Source: Macrostomum hystrix
Taxonomy: Eukaryota > Animalia > Platyhelminthes
Assembly: GCA_950097015.1 (NCBI GenBank)
Contig: CATNEN010000005.1
Coordinates: 1,984,001-2,048,000, forward strand
Length of the DNA stretch: 64,000 bases
Direction: 5' to 3'
In this document: positions 35,301 through 50,300 of the stretch, one piece after another
Layout of the letters: each line of letters begins with the position of its first letter
Position numbering within the stretch: position 1 is the first letter of the stretch
Position numbers and translations under genes: made by a program
The notes under the pieces: generated by a model
What the model saw: the letters and a program-made list of their open reading frames with translations, nothing else
Database searches by the model: none
What the model was told of the DNA's origin: nothing

Positions 35301-38300
35301 GATTATGAAAACGAGTATTTTGTGGATTATGAAAACGAGTATTTTGTGGATTATGAAAACGAGTATTTTGTGGATTATGAAAACGATTATTTTGTGGATT
35401 ATGAAAACGTTTATTTTGTGGATTATGAAAACGTTTATTTTGTGGATTATGAAAAGGATTATTTTGTGGATTATGAAAAGGATTATTTTGTGGATTATGA
35501 AGAGGATTATTTTGTGGATTATGAAAAGGATTATTTTGTGGATTATGAAAAGGATTATTTTGTGGATTATGAAAAGGATTATTTTGTGGATTATGAAAAG
35601 GATTATTTTGTGGATTATGAAAACGAGTATTTTGTGGATTATGAAAACTATTATTTTATGAATTATGAAAAGGAATTTTTTGTGGATTATGAAAAGGATT
35701 ATTTTGTGGATTATGAAAAGGATTATTTTGTGGATTATGAAAACGAGTATTTTGTGGATTATGAAAACGAGTATTTTGTGGATTATGAAAACGAGTATTT
35801 TGTGGATTATGAAAACGATTATTTTGTGGATTATGAAAACGTTTATTTTGTGGATTATGAAAAGGATTATTTTGTGGATTATGAAAACGTTTATTTTGTG
35901 GATTATGAAAAGGATTATTTTGTGGATTATGAAAACGAGTATTTTGTGGATTATGAAAAGGATTATTTTGTGGATTGTGAAGAAGACTATAGTACAGATT
36001 ATGAAAAGGATTATTTTGTGGATTGTGAAAAGGATTATTTTGTGGATTATGAAAAGGATTATTTTGTGGATTATGAAAACGAGTATTTTGTGGATTATGA
36101 AAACTATTATTTTATGAATTATGAAAAGGAATTTTTTGTGGATTGTGGATTATGAAAAGGATTATTTTGTGGATTATGAAAAGGATTATTTTGTGGATTA
36201 TGAAAACGAGTATTTTGTGGATTATGAAAACGAGTATTTTGTGGATTATGAAAACGAGTATTTTGTGGATTATGAAAACGATTATTTTGTGGATTATGAA
36301 AACGTTTATTTTGTGGATTATGAAAAGGATTATTTTGTGGATTATGAAAACGTTTATTTTGTGGATTATGAAAAGGATTATTTTGTGGATTATGAAAACG
36401 AGTATTTTGTGGATTATGAAAAGGATTATTTTGTGGATTGTGAAGAAGACTATAGTACAGATTATGAAAAGGATTATTTTGTGGATTGTGAAAAGGATTA
36501 TTTTGTGGATTATGAAAAGGATTATTTTGTGGATTATGAAAACGAGTATTTTGTGGATTATGAAAACTATTATTTTATGAATTATGAAAAGGAATTTTTT
36601 GTGGATTATGAAAAGGATTATTTTGTGGATTATGAAAAGGATTATTTTGTGGATTATGAAAACGAGTATTTTGTGGATTATGAAAACGAGTATTTTGTGG
36701 ATTATGAAAAGGATTATTTTGTGGATTATGAAAACGAGTATTTTGTGGATTATGAAAAGGATTATTTTGTGGATCATGAAAACGTTTATTTTGTGGATTA
36801 TGAAAAGGATTATTTTGTGGATTATGAAAACGAGTACTTTGTGGATTATGAAAAGGATTATTTTGTGGATTGTGAAGAAGACTATAGTACAGATTATGAA
36901 AAGGATTATTTTGTGGATTGTGAAAAGGATTATTTTGTGGATTATGAAAAGGATTATTTTGTGGATTATGAAAACGAGTATTTTGTGGATTACGAAAACG
37001 AGTATTTTGTGGATTATGAAAACGAGTATTTTGTGGATTATGAAAACGATTATTTTGTGGATTATGAAAACGTTTATTTTGTGGATTATGAAAAGGATTA
37101 TTTTGTGGATTATGAAAACGTTTATTTTGTGGATTATGAAAAGGATTATTTTGTGGATTATGAAAACGAGTACTTTGTGGATTATGAAAAGGATTATTTT
37201 GTGGATTGTGAAGAAGACTATAGTACAGATTATGAAAAGGATTATTTTGTGGATTGTGAAAAGGATTATTTTGTGGATTATGAAAAGGATTATTTTGTGG
37301 ATTATGAAAACGAGTATTTTGTGGATTATGAAAACTATTATTTTATGAATTATGAAAAGGAATTTTTTGTGGATTATGAAAAGGATTATTTTGTGGATTA
37401 TGAAAACGTTTATTTTGTGGATTATGAAAAGGATTATTTTGTGGATTATGAAAACGAGTATTTTGTGGATTATGAAAAGGATTATTTTGTGGATTGTGAA
37501 GAAGACTATAGTACAGATTATGAAAAGGATTATTTTGTGGATTGTGAAAAGGATTATTTTGTGGATTATGAAAAGGATTATTTTGTGGATTATGAAAACG
37601 AGTATTTTGTGGATTATGAAAACTATTATTTTATGAATTATGAAAAGGAATTTTTTGTGGATTATGAAAAGGATTATTTTGTGGATTATGAAAACGAGTA
37701 TTTTGTGGATTATGAAAACGAGTATTTTGTGGATTATGAAAACGAGTATTTTGTGGATTATGAAAACGATTATTTTGTGGATTATGAAAACGTTTATTTT
37801 GTGGATTATGAAAAGGATTATTTTGTGGATTATGAAAACGTTTATTTTGTGGATTATGAAAAGGATTATTTTGTGGATTATGAAAAGGATTATTTTGTGG
37901 ATTATGAAGAGGATTATTTTGCGGATTATGAAAACGATTATTTTGTGGATTATGAAAAGGATTATTTTGTGGATTATGAAAAGGATTATTTTGTGGATTA
38001 TGAAAACGAGTATTTTGTGGATTATGAAAACGAGTATTTTGTGGATTATGAAAACGAGTATTTTGTGGATTATGAAAACGTTTATTTTGTGGATTATGAA
38101 AACGAGTATTTTGTGGATTATGAAAACGATTATTTTGTGGATTATGAAAAGGATTATTTTGTGGATTGTGAAGAAGACTATAGTACAGATTATGAAAAGG
38201 ATTATTTTGTGGATTGTGAAAAGGATTATTTTGTGGATTATGAAAAGGATTATTTTGTGGATTATGAAAACGAGTATTTTGTGGATTATGAAAACTATTA

Positions 38301-41300
38301 TTTTATGAATTATGAAAAGGAATTTTTTGTGGATTATGAAAAGGATTATTTTGTGGATTATGAAAACGTTTATTTTGTGGATTATGAAAAGGATTATTTT
38401 GTGGATTATGAAAACGAGTATTTTGTGGATTATGAAAAGGATTATTTTGTGGATTGTGAAGAAGACTATAGTACAGATTATGAAAAGGATTATTTTGTGG
38501 ATTGTGAAAAGGATTATTTTGTGGATTATGAAAAGGATTATTTTGTGGATTATGAAAACGAGTATTTTGTGGATTATGAAAACTATTATTTTATGAATTA
38601 TGAAAAGGAATTTTTTGTGGATTATGAAAAGGATTATTTTGTGGATTATGAAAAGGATTATTTTGTGGATTATGAAAACGAGTATTTTGTGGATTATGAA
38701 AACGAGTATTTTGTGGATTATGAAAACGAGTATTTTGTGGATTATGAAAACGAGTATTTTGTGGATTATGAAAACGATTATTTTGTGGATTATGAAAACG
38801 TTTATTTTGTGGATTATGAAAAGGATTATTTTGTGGATTATGAAAACGTTTATTTTGTGGATTATGAAAAGGATTATTTTGTGGATTATGAAAAGGATTA
38901 TTTTGTGGATTATGAAGAGGATTATTTTGTGGATTATGAAAAGGATTATTTTGTGGATTATGAAAAGGATTATTTTGTGGATTATGAAGAGGATTATTTT
39001 GTGGATTATGAAAATGATTTTTTTTGTGGATTATGAAGAGGATTATTTTGTGGATTATGAAAAGGATTATTTTGTGGATTATGAAAACGAGTATTTTGTG
39101 GATTATGAAAACGAGTATTTTGTGGATTATGAAAAGGATTATTTTGTGGATTGTGAAGAAGACTATAGTACAGATTATGAAAAGGATTATTTTGTGGATT
39201 ATGAAAAGGATTATTTTGTGGATTGTGAAGAAGACTATAGTACAGATTATGAAAAGGATTATTTTGTGGATTGTGAAAAGGATTATTTTGTGGATTATGA
39301 AAACGAGTATTTTGTGGATTATGAAAACTATTATTTTATGAATTATGAAAAGGAATTTTTTGTGGATTATGAAAAGGATTATTTTGTGGATTATGAAAAC
39401 GAGTATTTTGTGGATTATGAAAACGAGTATTTTGTGGATTATGAAAACGAGTATTTTGTGGATTATGAAAACGATTATTTTGTGGATTATGAAAACGTTT
39501 ATTTTGTGGATTATGAAAAGGATTATTTTGTGGATTATGAAAACGTTTATTTTGTGGATTATGAAAAGGATTATTTTGTGGATTATGAAAAGGATTATTT
39601 TGTGGATTATGAAGAGGATTATTTTGTGGATTATGAAAACGATTATTTTGTGGATTATGAAAAGGATTATTTTGTGGATTATGAAAAGGATTATTTTGTG
39701 GATTATGAAAACGAGTATTTTGTGGATTATGAAAACGAGTATTTTGTGGATTATGAAAACGAGTATTTTGTGGATTATGAAAACGTTTATTTTGTGGATT
39801 ATGAAAACGAGTATTTTGTGGATTATGAAAACGATTATTTTGTGGATTATGAAAAGGATTATTTTGTGGATTGTGAAGAAGACTATAGTACAGATTATGA
39901 AAAGGATTATTTTGTGGATTGTGAAAAGGATTATTTTGTGGATTATGAAAAGGATTATTTTGTGGATTATGAAAACGAGTATTTTGTGGATTATGAAAAC
40001 TATTATTTTATGAATTATGAAAAGGAATTTTTTGTGGATTATGAAAAGGATTATTTTGTGGATTATGAAAACGTTTATTTTGTGGATTATGAAAAGGATT
40101 ATTTTGTGGATTATGAAAACGAGTATTTTGTGGATTATGAAAAGGATTATTTTGTGGATTGTGAAGAAGACTATAGTACAGATTATGAAAAGGATTATTT
40201 TGTGGATTGTGAAAAGGATTATTTTGTGGATTATGAAAAGGATTATTTTGTGGATTATGAAAACGAGTATTTTGTGGATTATGAAAACTATTATTTTATG
40301 AATTATGAAAAGGAATTTTTTGTGGATTATGAAAAGGATTATTTTGTGGATTATGAAAAGGATTATTTTGTGGATTATGAAAACGAGTATTTTGTGGATT
40401 ATGAAAACGAGTATTTTGTGGATTATGAAAACGAGTATTTTGTGGATTATGAAAACGATTATTTTGTGGATTATGAAAACGTTTATTTTGTGGATTATGA
40501 AAAGGATTATTTTGTGGATTATGAAAACGTTTATTTTGTGGATTATGAAAAGGATTATTTTGTGGATTATGAAAAGGATTATTTTGTGGATTATGAAGAG
40601 GATTATTTTGTGGATTATGAAAAGGATTATTTTGTGGATTATGAAAAGGATTATTTTGTGGATTATGAAGAGGATTATTTTGTGGATTATGAAAATGATT
40701 TTTTTTGTGGATTATGAAGAGGATTATTTTGTGGATTATGAAAAGGATTATTTTGTGGATTATGAAAACGAGTATTTTGTGGATTATGAAAACGAGTATT
40801 TTGTGGATTATGAAAAGGATTATTTTGTGGATTGTGAAGAAGACTATAGTACAGATTATGAAAAGGATTATTTTGTGGATTATGAAAAGGATTATTTTGT
40901 GGATTGTGAAGAAGACTATAGTACAGATTATGAAAAGGATTATTTTGTGGATTGTGAAAAGGATTATTTTGTGGATTATGAAAACGAGTATTTTGTGGAT
41001 TATGAAAAGGATTATTTTGTGGATTATGAAAAGGATTATTTTGTGGATTATGAAGAGGATTATTTTGTGGATTATGAAAACGACTATTTTGTGGATTATG
41101 AAAAGGATTATTTTGTGGATTATGAAAAGGATTATTTTGTGGATTATGAAAAGGATTATTTTGTGGATTATGAAAACGAGTATTTTGTGGATTATGAAAA
41201 CTATTATTTTATGAATTATGAAAAGGAATTTTTTGTGGATTATGAAAAGGATTATTTTGTGGATTATGAAAAGGATTATTTTGTGGATTATGAAAACGAG

Positions 41301-44300
41301 TATTTTGTGGATTACGAAAACGAGTATTTTGTGGATTATGAAAACGAGTATTTTGTGGATTATGAAAACGATTATTTTGTGGATTATGAAAACGTTTATT
41401 TTGTGGATTATGAAAAGGATTATTTTGTGGATTATGAAAACGTTTATTTTGTGGATTATGAAAAGGATTATTTTGTGGATTATGAAAACGAGTACTTTGT
41501 GGATTATGAAAAGGATTATTTTGTGGATTGTGAAGAAGACTATAGTACAGATTATGAAAAGGATTATTTTGTGGATTGTGAAAAGGATTATTTTGTGGAT
41601 TATGAAAAGGATTATTTTGTGGATTATGAAAACGAGTATTTTGTGGATTATGAAAACTATTATTTTATGAATTATGAAAAGGAATTTTTTGTGGATTATG
41701 AAAAGGATTATTTTGTGGATTATGAAAAGGATTATTTTGTGGATTATGAAAACGAGTATTTTGTGGATTATGAAAACGAGTATTTTGTGGATTATGAAAA
41801 CGAGTATTTTGTGGATTATGAAAACGAGTATTTTGTGGATTATGAAAACGATTATTTTGTGGATTATGAAAACGTTTATTTTGTGGATTATGAAAAGGAT
41901 TATTTTGTGGATTATGAAAACGTTTATTTTGTGGATTATGAAAAGGATTATTTTGTGGATTATGAAAAGGATTATTTTGTGGATTATGAAGAGGATTATT
42001 TTGTGGATTATGAAAACGATTATTTTGTGGATTATGAAAAGGATTATTTTGTGGATTATGAAAAGGATTATTTTGTGGATTATGAAAACGAGTATTTTGT
42101 GGATTATGAAAACGAGTATTTTGTGGATTATGAAAACGAGTATTTTGTGGATTATGAAAACGTTTATTTTGTGGATTATGAAAAGGATTATTTTGTGGAT
42201 TGTGAAGAAGACTATAGTACAGATTATGAAAAGGATTATTTTGTGGATTGTGAAAAGGATTATTTTGTGGATTATGAAAAGGATTATTTTGTGGATTATG
42301 AAAACGAGTATTTTGTGGATTATGAAAAGGAATTTTTTGTGGATTATGAAAAGGATTATTTTGTGGATTATGAAAAGGATTATTTTGTGGATTATGAAAA
42401 CGAGTATTTTGTGGATTATGAAAACGAGTATTTTGTGGATTATGAAAACGAGTATTTTGTGGATTATGAAAAGGATTATTTTGTGGATTATGAAAACGAG
42501 TATTTTGTGGATTATGAAAACGAGTATTTTGTGGATTATGAAAACGAGTATTTTGTGGATTATGAAAAGGATTATTTTGTGGATTATGAAAACGAGTATT
42601 TTGTGGATTATGAAAACGATTATTTTGTGGATTATGAAAACGTTTATTTTGTGGATTATGAAAAGGATTATTTTGTGGATTATGAAAACGTTTATTTTGT
42701 GGATTATGAAAAGGATTATTTTGTGGATTATGAAAACGAGTATTTTGTGGATTATGAAAACGAGTATTTTGTGGATTATGAAAACGATTATTTTGTGGAT
42801 TATGAAAACGTTTATTTTGTGGATTATGAAAAGGTTTATTTTGTGGATTATGAAAACGTTTATTTTGTGGATTATGAAAACGAGTATTTTGTGGATTATG
42901 AAAACGAGTATTTTGTGGATTATGAAAACGAGTATTTTGTGGATTATGAAAACGATTATTTTGTGGATTATGAAAACGTTTATTTTGTGGATTATGAAAA
43001 GGATTATTTTGTGGATTATGAAAAGGATTATTTTGTGGATTGTGAAAAGGATTATTTTGTGGATTTATGAAAAGGATTATTTTGTGGATTATGAAAAGGA
43101 TTATTTTGTGGATTATGAAGAGGATTATTTTGTGGATTATGAAGAGGATTATTTTGTGGATTATGAAAACTAGTATTTTGTGGATTATGAAAAGGATTAT
43201 TTTGTGGAATATGAAAACTAGTATTTTGTGGATTATGAAGAGGATTATTTTGTGGATTATGAAAACTAGTATTTTGTGGATTATGAAGAGGATTATTTTG
43301 TGGATTATGAAGAGGATTATTTTGTGGATTATGAAAACTAGTATTTTGTGGATTATGAAAAGGATTATTTTGTGGATTGTGAAAAGGATTATTTTGTGGA
43401 TTATGAAAAGGATTATTTTGTAGATTATGAAAAGGATTATTTTGTGGATTATGAAAAGGATTATTTTGTGGATTATGAAAATGATTATTTTGTGGATTGT
43501 GAAGAAGACTATAGTACAGATTATGAAAAGGATTATTTTGTGGATTATGAAAACGTTTATTTTGTGGATTATGAAAAGGATTATTTTGTGGATTATGAAA
43601 ACGATTATTTTGTGGATTATGAAAAGGATTATTTTGTGGATTATGAAAAGGATTATTTTGTGGATTATGAAGAGGATTATTTTGTGGATTATGAAAATGA
43701 TTTTTTTTGTGGATTATGAAGAGGATTATTTTGTGGATTATGAAAAGGATTATTTTGTGGATTATGAAAACGAGTATTTTGTGGATTATGAAAACGAGTA
43801 TTTTGTGGATTATGAAAAGGATTATTTTGTGGATTGTGAAGAAGACTATAGTACAGATTATGAAAAGGATTATTTTGTGGATTATGAAAAGGATTATTTT
43901 GTGGATTGTGAAGAAGACTATAGTACAGATTATGAAAAGGATTATTTTGTGGATTGTGAAAAGGATTATTTTGTGGATTATGAAAACGAGTATTTTGTGG
44001 ATTATGAAAAGGATTATTTTGTGGATTATGAAAAGGATTATTTTGTGGATTATGAAGAGGATTATTTTGTGGATTATGAAAACGACTATTTTGTGGATTA
44101 TGAAAAGGATTATTTTGTGGATTATGAAAAGGATTATTTTGTGGATTATGAAAAGGATTATTTTGTGGATTATGAAAACGAGTATTTTGTGGATTATGAA
44201 AACTATTATTTTATGAATTATGAAAAGGAATTTTTTGTGGATTATGAAAAGGATTATTTTGTGGATTATGAAAAGGATTATTTTGTGGATTATGAAAACG

Positions 44301-47300
44301 AGTATTTTGTGGATTACGAAAACGAGTATTTTGTGGATTATGAAAACGAGTATTTTGTGGATTATGAAAACGATTATTTTGTGGATTATGAAAACGTTTA
44401 TTTTGTGGATTATGAAAAGGATTATTTTGTGGATTATGAAAACGTTTATTTTGTGGATTATGAAAAGGATTATTTTGTGGATTATGAAAACGAGTACTTT
44501 GTGGATTATGAAAAGGATTATTTTGTGGATTGTGAAGAAGACTATAGTACAGATTATGAAAAGGATTATTTTGTGGATTGTGAAAAGGATTATTTTGTGG
44601 ATTATGAAAAGGATTATTTTGTGGATTATGAAAACGAGTATTTTGTGGATTATGAAAACTATTATTTTATGAATTATGAAAAGGAATTTTTTGTGGATTA
44701 TGAAAAGGATTATTTTGTGGATTATGAAAAGGATTATTTTGTGGATTATGAAAACGAGTATTTTGTGGATTATGAAAACGAGTATTTTGTGGATTATGAA
44801 AACGAGTATTTTGTGGATTATGAAAACGAGTATTTTGTGGATTATGAAAACGATTATTTTGTGGATTATGAAAACGTTTATTTTGTGGATTATGAAAAGG
44901 ATTATTTTGTGGATTATGAAAACGTTTATTTTGTGGATTATGAAAAGGATTATTTTGTGGATTATGAAAAGGATTATTTTGTGGATTATGAAGAGGATTA
45001 TTTTGTGGATTATGAAAACGATTATTTTGTGGATTATGAAAAGGATTATTTTGTGGATTATGAAAAGGATTATTTTGTGGATTATGAAAACGAGTATTTT
45101 GTGGATTATGAAAACGAGTATTTTGTGGATTATGAAAACGAGTATTTTGTGGATTATGAAAACGTTTATTTTGTGGATTATGAAAAGGATTATTTTGTGG
45201 ATTGTGAAGAAGACTATAGTACAGATTATGAAAAGGATTATTTTGTGGATTATGAAAACGAGTACTTTGTGGATTATGAAAAGGATTATTTTGTGGATTG
45301 TGAAGAAGACTATAGTACAGATTATGAAAAGGATTATTTTGTGGATTGTGAAAAGGATTATTTTGTGGATTATGAAAAGGATTATTTTGTGGATTATGAA
45401 AACGAGTATTTTGTGGATTATGAAAACTATTATTTTATGAATTATGAAAAGGAATTTTTTGTGGATTATGAAAAGGATTATTTTGTGGATTATGAAAAGG
45501 ATTATTTTGTGGATTATGAAAACGAGTATTTTGTGGATTATGAAAACGAGTATTTTGTGGATTATGAAAACGAGTATTTTGTGGATTATGAAAACGAGTA
45601 TTTTGTGGATTATGAAAACGATTATTTTGTGGATTATGAAAACGTTTATTTTGTGGATTATGAAAAGGATTATTTTGTGGATTATGAAAACGTTTATTTT
45701 GTGGATTATGAAAAGGATTATTTTGTGGATTATGAAAAGGATTATTTTGTGGATTATGAAGAGGATTATTTTGTGGATTATGAAAACGATTATTTTGTGG
45801 ATTATGAAAAGGATTATTTTGTGGATTATGAAAAGGATTATTTTGTGGATTATGAAAACGAGTATTTTGTGGATTATGAAAACGAGTATTTTGTGGATTA
45901 TGAAAACGAGTATTTTGTGGATTATGAAAACGTTTATTTTGTGGATTATGAAAAGGATTATTTTGTGGATTGTGAAGAAGACTATAGTACAGATTATGAA
46001 AAGGATTATTTTGTGGATTATGAAAACGAGTATTTTGTGGATTATGAAAACGAGTATTTTGTGGATTATGAAAACGAGTATTTTGTGGATTATGAAAACG
46101 ATTATTTTGTGGATTATGAAAACGTTTATTTTGTGGATTATGAAAAGGTTTATTTTGTGGATTATGAAAACGTTTATTTTGTGGATTATGAAAACGAGTA
46201 TTTTGTGGATTATGAAAACGAGTATTTTGTGGATTATGAAAACGAGTATTTTGTGGATTATGAAAACGATTATTTTGTGGATTATGAAAACGTTTATTTT
46301 GTGGATTATGAAAAGGATTATTTTGTGGATTATGAAAAGGATTATTTTGTGGATTGTGAAAAGGATTATTTTGTGGATTTATGAAAAGGATTATTTTGTG
46401 GATTATGAAAAGGATTATTTTGTGGATTATGAAGAGGATTATTTTGTGGATTATGAAGAGGATTATTTTGTGGATTATGAAAACTAGTATTTTGTGGATT
46501 ATGAAAAGGATTATTTTGTGGAATATGAAAACTAGTATTTTGTGGATTATGAAGAGGATTATTTTGTGGATTATGAAAACTAGTATTTTGTGGATTATGA
46601 AGAGGATTATTTTGTGGATTATGAAGAGGATTATTTTGTGGATTATGAAAACTAGTATTTTGTGGATTATGAAAAGGATTATTTTGTGGATTGTGAAAAG
46701 GATTATTTTGTGGATTATGAAAAGGATTATTTTGTAGATTATGAAAAGGATTATTTTGTGGATTATGAAAAGGATTATTTTGTGGATTATGAAAATGATT
46801 ATTTTGTGGATTGTGAAGAAGACTATAGTACAGATTATGAAAAGGATTATTTTGTGGATTATGAAAACGTTTATTTTGTGGATTATGAAAAGGATTATTT
46901 TGTGGATTATGAAAACGATTATTTTGTGGATTATGAAAAGGATTATTTTGTGGATTATGAAAACGATTATTTTGTGGATTATGAAAAGGATTATTTTGTG
47001 GATTGTGAAGAATAATTTTTGTGGACTATTAAGGGAATTATTATGTGGATTATGAAGAGGATTATAGTGCACATTGCATGTGAACTGAATTTTATTGTAA
47101 ATTGTGAAGACAATAAGATTGAACATAGAAAAAGATTATTCGAAATAAACGAAACGCACCATCCACAGAATGGAGCCGCTGGGCTGTCTAAACTGATGCG
47201 AGCCGCTCCAGCGAGTCTTGACCGTGGCCAAACCGAAGTCGCCAATTTTGACAACGCTCTCATGCAGTAGGATGTCTGGTGATTGGACATAGTTGTTATT

Positions 47301-50300
47301 AGACATAATTCTTCTAATTTTATTAGCATTTAGCGCACACTCACACAGGGACTGAGACTGGGACTTTCTCATTGTCAGGCAGTGTGAGTTCGAAAGCGGA
47401 TTCGAACTCACGACCACCCAATAACATAAGAAAATGTGAAATAAATGCAATTACCGCATCCATCAAAACCCAGGAATCGGAGAAAAAACTGCACCTTGAA
47501 AACAATAGAAGCCAATTAAAAAACATTGGCGATTTCCCAATGACCACTACTACGAGCTAGGATAGAAAATTAATAATTTGATATTTAAAAAATTTGTCTA
47601 AGCTTTTCCAGAAAATTTATTATAAAAAAATAAATATCACCACTACCAGAATTAATAAATAAAATTTATGAAAACCACAAGTTATGTGCGCTTATTTTAC
47701 TACTAACCAAGTGACGAGCAACATAAGTAGTATGTCAGATAATCAGTAGTGCGTCAGCTGAAAAAATACTGAACGTTGAAAATATTTTTAGGGGGGGATT
47801 ACACTTAGATATGGAAACTAAAATCAGTGCAGATAATTAACTCGTGTGTTGCAATATGAAACTCACTGTTAGATTTGAGATCTCTGTGAATAATGCCCCT
47901 AGCGTGCAGATAGTCCATGCCCTGAGCAGTCTGCCTAGAGATGACCATAATCTCAGCGGGGCCGCAGGGCTCTTCCATGACGTGCAGTCGGCGATAGAGC
48001 GACGAACCATTGCACCACTGCGTGATGATGGCTAGCTTTGGCTTGCTGACGCAGCCAATGAATAAAAGTACATTCTCGTGGCGGGTCTTGCGCAATACGG
48101 CCACCTGGGATCAAGGGATAAGGGAATGGAATCAAGTCAGATTACAGTCACGATGAAAGGAAAATACAGACACAATGAAAGGAAAATACCGACACGAGGT
48201 CCTCGTCACGAACGAGGTTCGTGACGAGGACAGGAAATTACAGACACGATGACTGGAAATCACAGACACGATGATGGGAAAATACAGACACGATGACAGG
48301 AAGTCACAGACACGATGACAGGAAATTACAGACACGATGACTGGAAATCACAGACACGATGACAGGAAATTACAGACACAATGACAGGAAGTCACAGACA
48401 CGATGGCAGGAAATCACAGACACGATGGCAGGAAATCACAGACACGATGGCAGGAAATCACAGACACGATGACAGGAAATTACAGACACAATGACAGGAA
48501 GTCAGAGACACGATGGCAGGAAATCACAGACACGATGATGGGAAAATACAGACACGATGACAGGAAATTACAGACACGATGACTGGAAATCACAGACACG
48601 ATGACAGGAAATTACAGACACAATGACAGGAAGTCACAGACACGATGGCAGGAAATCACAGACACGATGGCAGGAAATCACAGACACGATGGCAGGAAAT
48701 CACAGACACGATGGCAGGAAATCACAGACACGATGATGGGAAAATACAGACACGATGACAGGAAATTACAGACACAATGACAGGAAGTCAGAGACACGAT
48801 GACTGGAAATCACAGACACGATGACAGGAAATTACAGACACAATGACAGGAAGTCACAGACACGATGGCAGGAAATCACAGACACGATGGCAGGAAATCA
48901 CAGACACGATGGCAGGAAATCACAGACACGATGGCAGGAAATCACAGACACGATGATGGGAAAATACAGACACGATGACAGGAAATTACAGACACAATGA
49001 CAGGAAGTCAGAGACACGATGGCAGGAAATCACAGACACGATGATGGGAAAATACAGACACGATGACAGGAAATTACAGACACAATGACAGGAAATCACA
49101 GACACGATGGCAGGAAATCACAGACACGATGACAGGAAATTACAGACACAATGACAGGAAATCACAGACACGATGGCAGGAAATCACAGACACAATGATG
49201 GGAAAATACAGACACGATGACAGGAAATCACAGACACGATGACAGGAAATCACAGACACGATGGCAGGAAATCACAGACACGATGATGGGAAAATACAGA
49301 CACGATGACAGGAAATCACAGACACGATGATGGGAAAATACAGACACGATGACAGGAAATCACAGACACGATGGCAGGAAATCACAGACACGATGATGGG
49401 AAAATACAGACACGATGACAGGAAATTACAGACATTAAGCATATGAAATTTAAAGGCACAAGCAAAAGAAATTACGGACAGGATGACAGGAAAATAGCGA
49501 CACGAGAACAGGAAATTACAGACACAAGCAAAAAAAGTTCCAGACTGGATGAATTACAGACAGGATAACAGGAAATTACAGACACATGAACAAGTACGCA
49601 ACCTTTGAAATGGGAGCTGTTACAGACTGTAGATTCGGGGCAATTTATATTTCATACGCACCAAAAGCAGAAATGGCGATAACAAACCTCATTTCTGAAA
49701 GCCTGCATCTGAGTGGCATCCTGATCAGTAACATTGAGCTCTTTAATCGCCACGTGGCCGTGCCAGAAGCCCCGATAGACTGTACCAAACGAGCCGGAGC
49801 CGATGCAGTCGTAGCGCACAATGGATTCGTGCGGTATTTCCCATTCGTCTCGCGAGTCGCGCCTCCGCCTGCTGGGAAGAATTTCCCCATTAGGTCCTTC
49901 CCGTGATCGCCTAGACAGCGTCGCCGAAGCCGGAGTCGAGGAAACGGCGAGAGGATTAATAGACGAATAATTGTTATTGGCAGCCGATGATGCTGCTGCG
50001 GCTGCTGCTGCTGCTGCTGCTGCGGCTACAGCGGCTGGCGCGAATACCATGCCAGGCACAGCCTATGAAGTTGATGTTAAAAGTACAAGTTTAATTAAGA
50101 AAACAAATGCTGTGTTTAACTGAATTTTTCTAATCAATCTAATTGACTATATCTGCTAATATCTGTATGTGGATTATTTTTAACGCCAAAAAACGAGTTA
50201 ACATTGAGTCGATTCAGAAAAAAAGAAACATTACAAAGTCCATGCGAACTTAACAAATAATAACGGGCTAGAAATCGAATTACTACTGCACACAAAATGA

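Noticed and set aside
29833-47126. Very long ORFs (up to 1790 aa) encoding [24 protein letters not shown] or HNPQNNPF repeats
   Set aside because: The 24-bp unit is a multiple of 3 and lacks stops in several frames on both strands at once. The array also contains frameshifts and TAG variants, and lies inside a Raf intron. Openness is therefore not evidence of coding.
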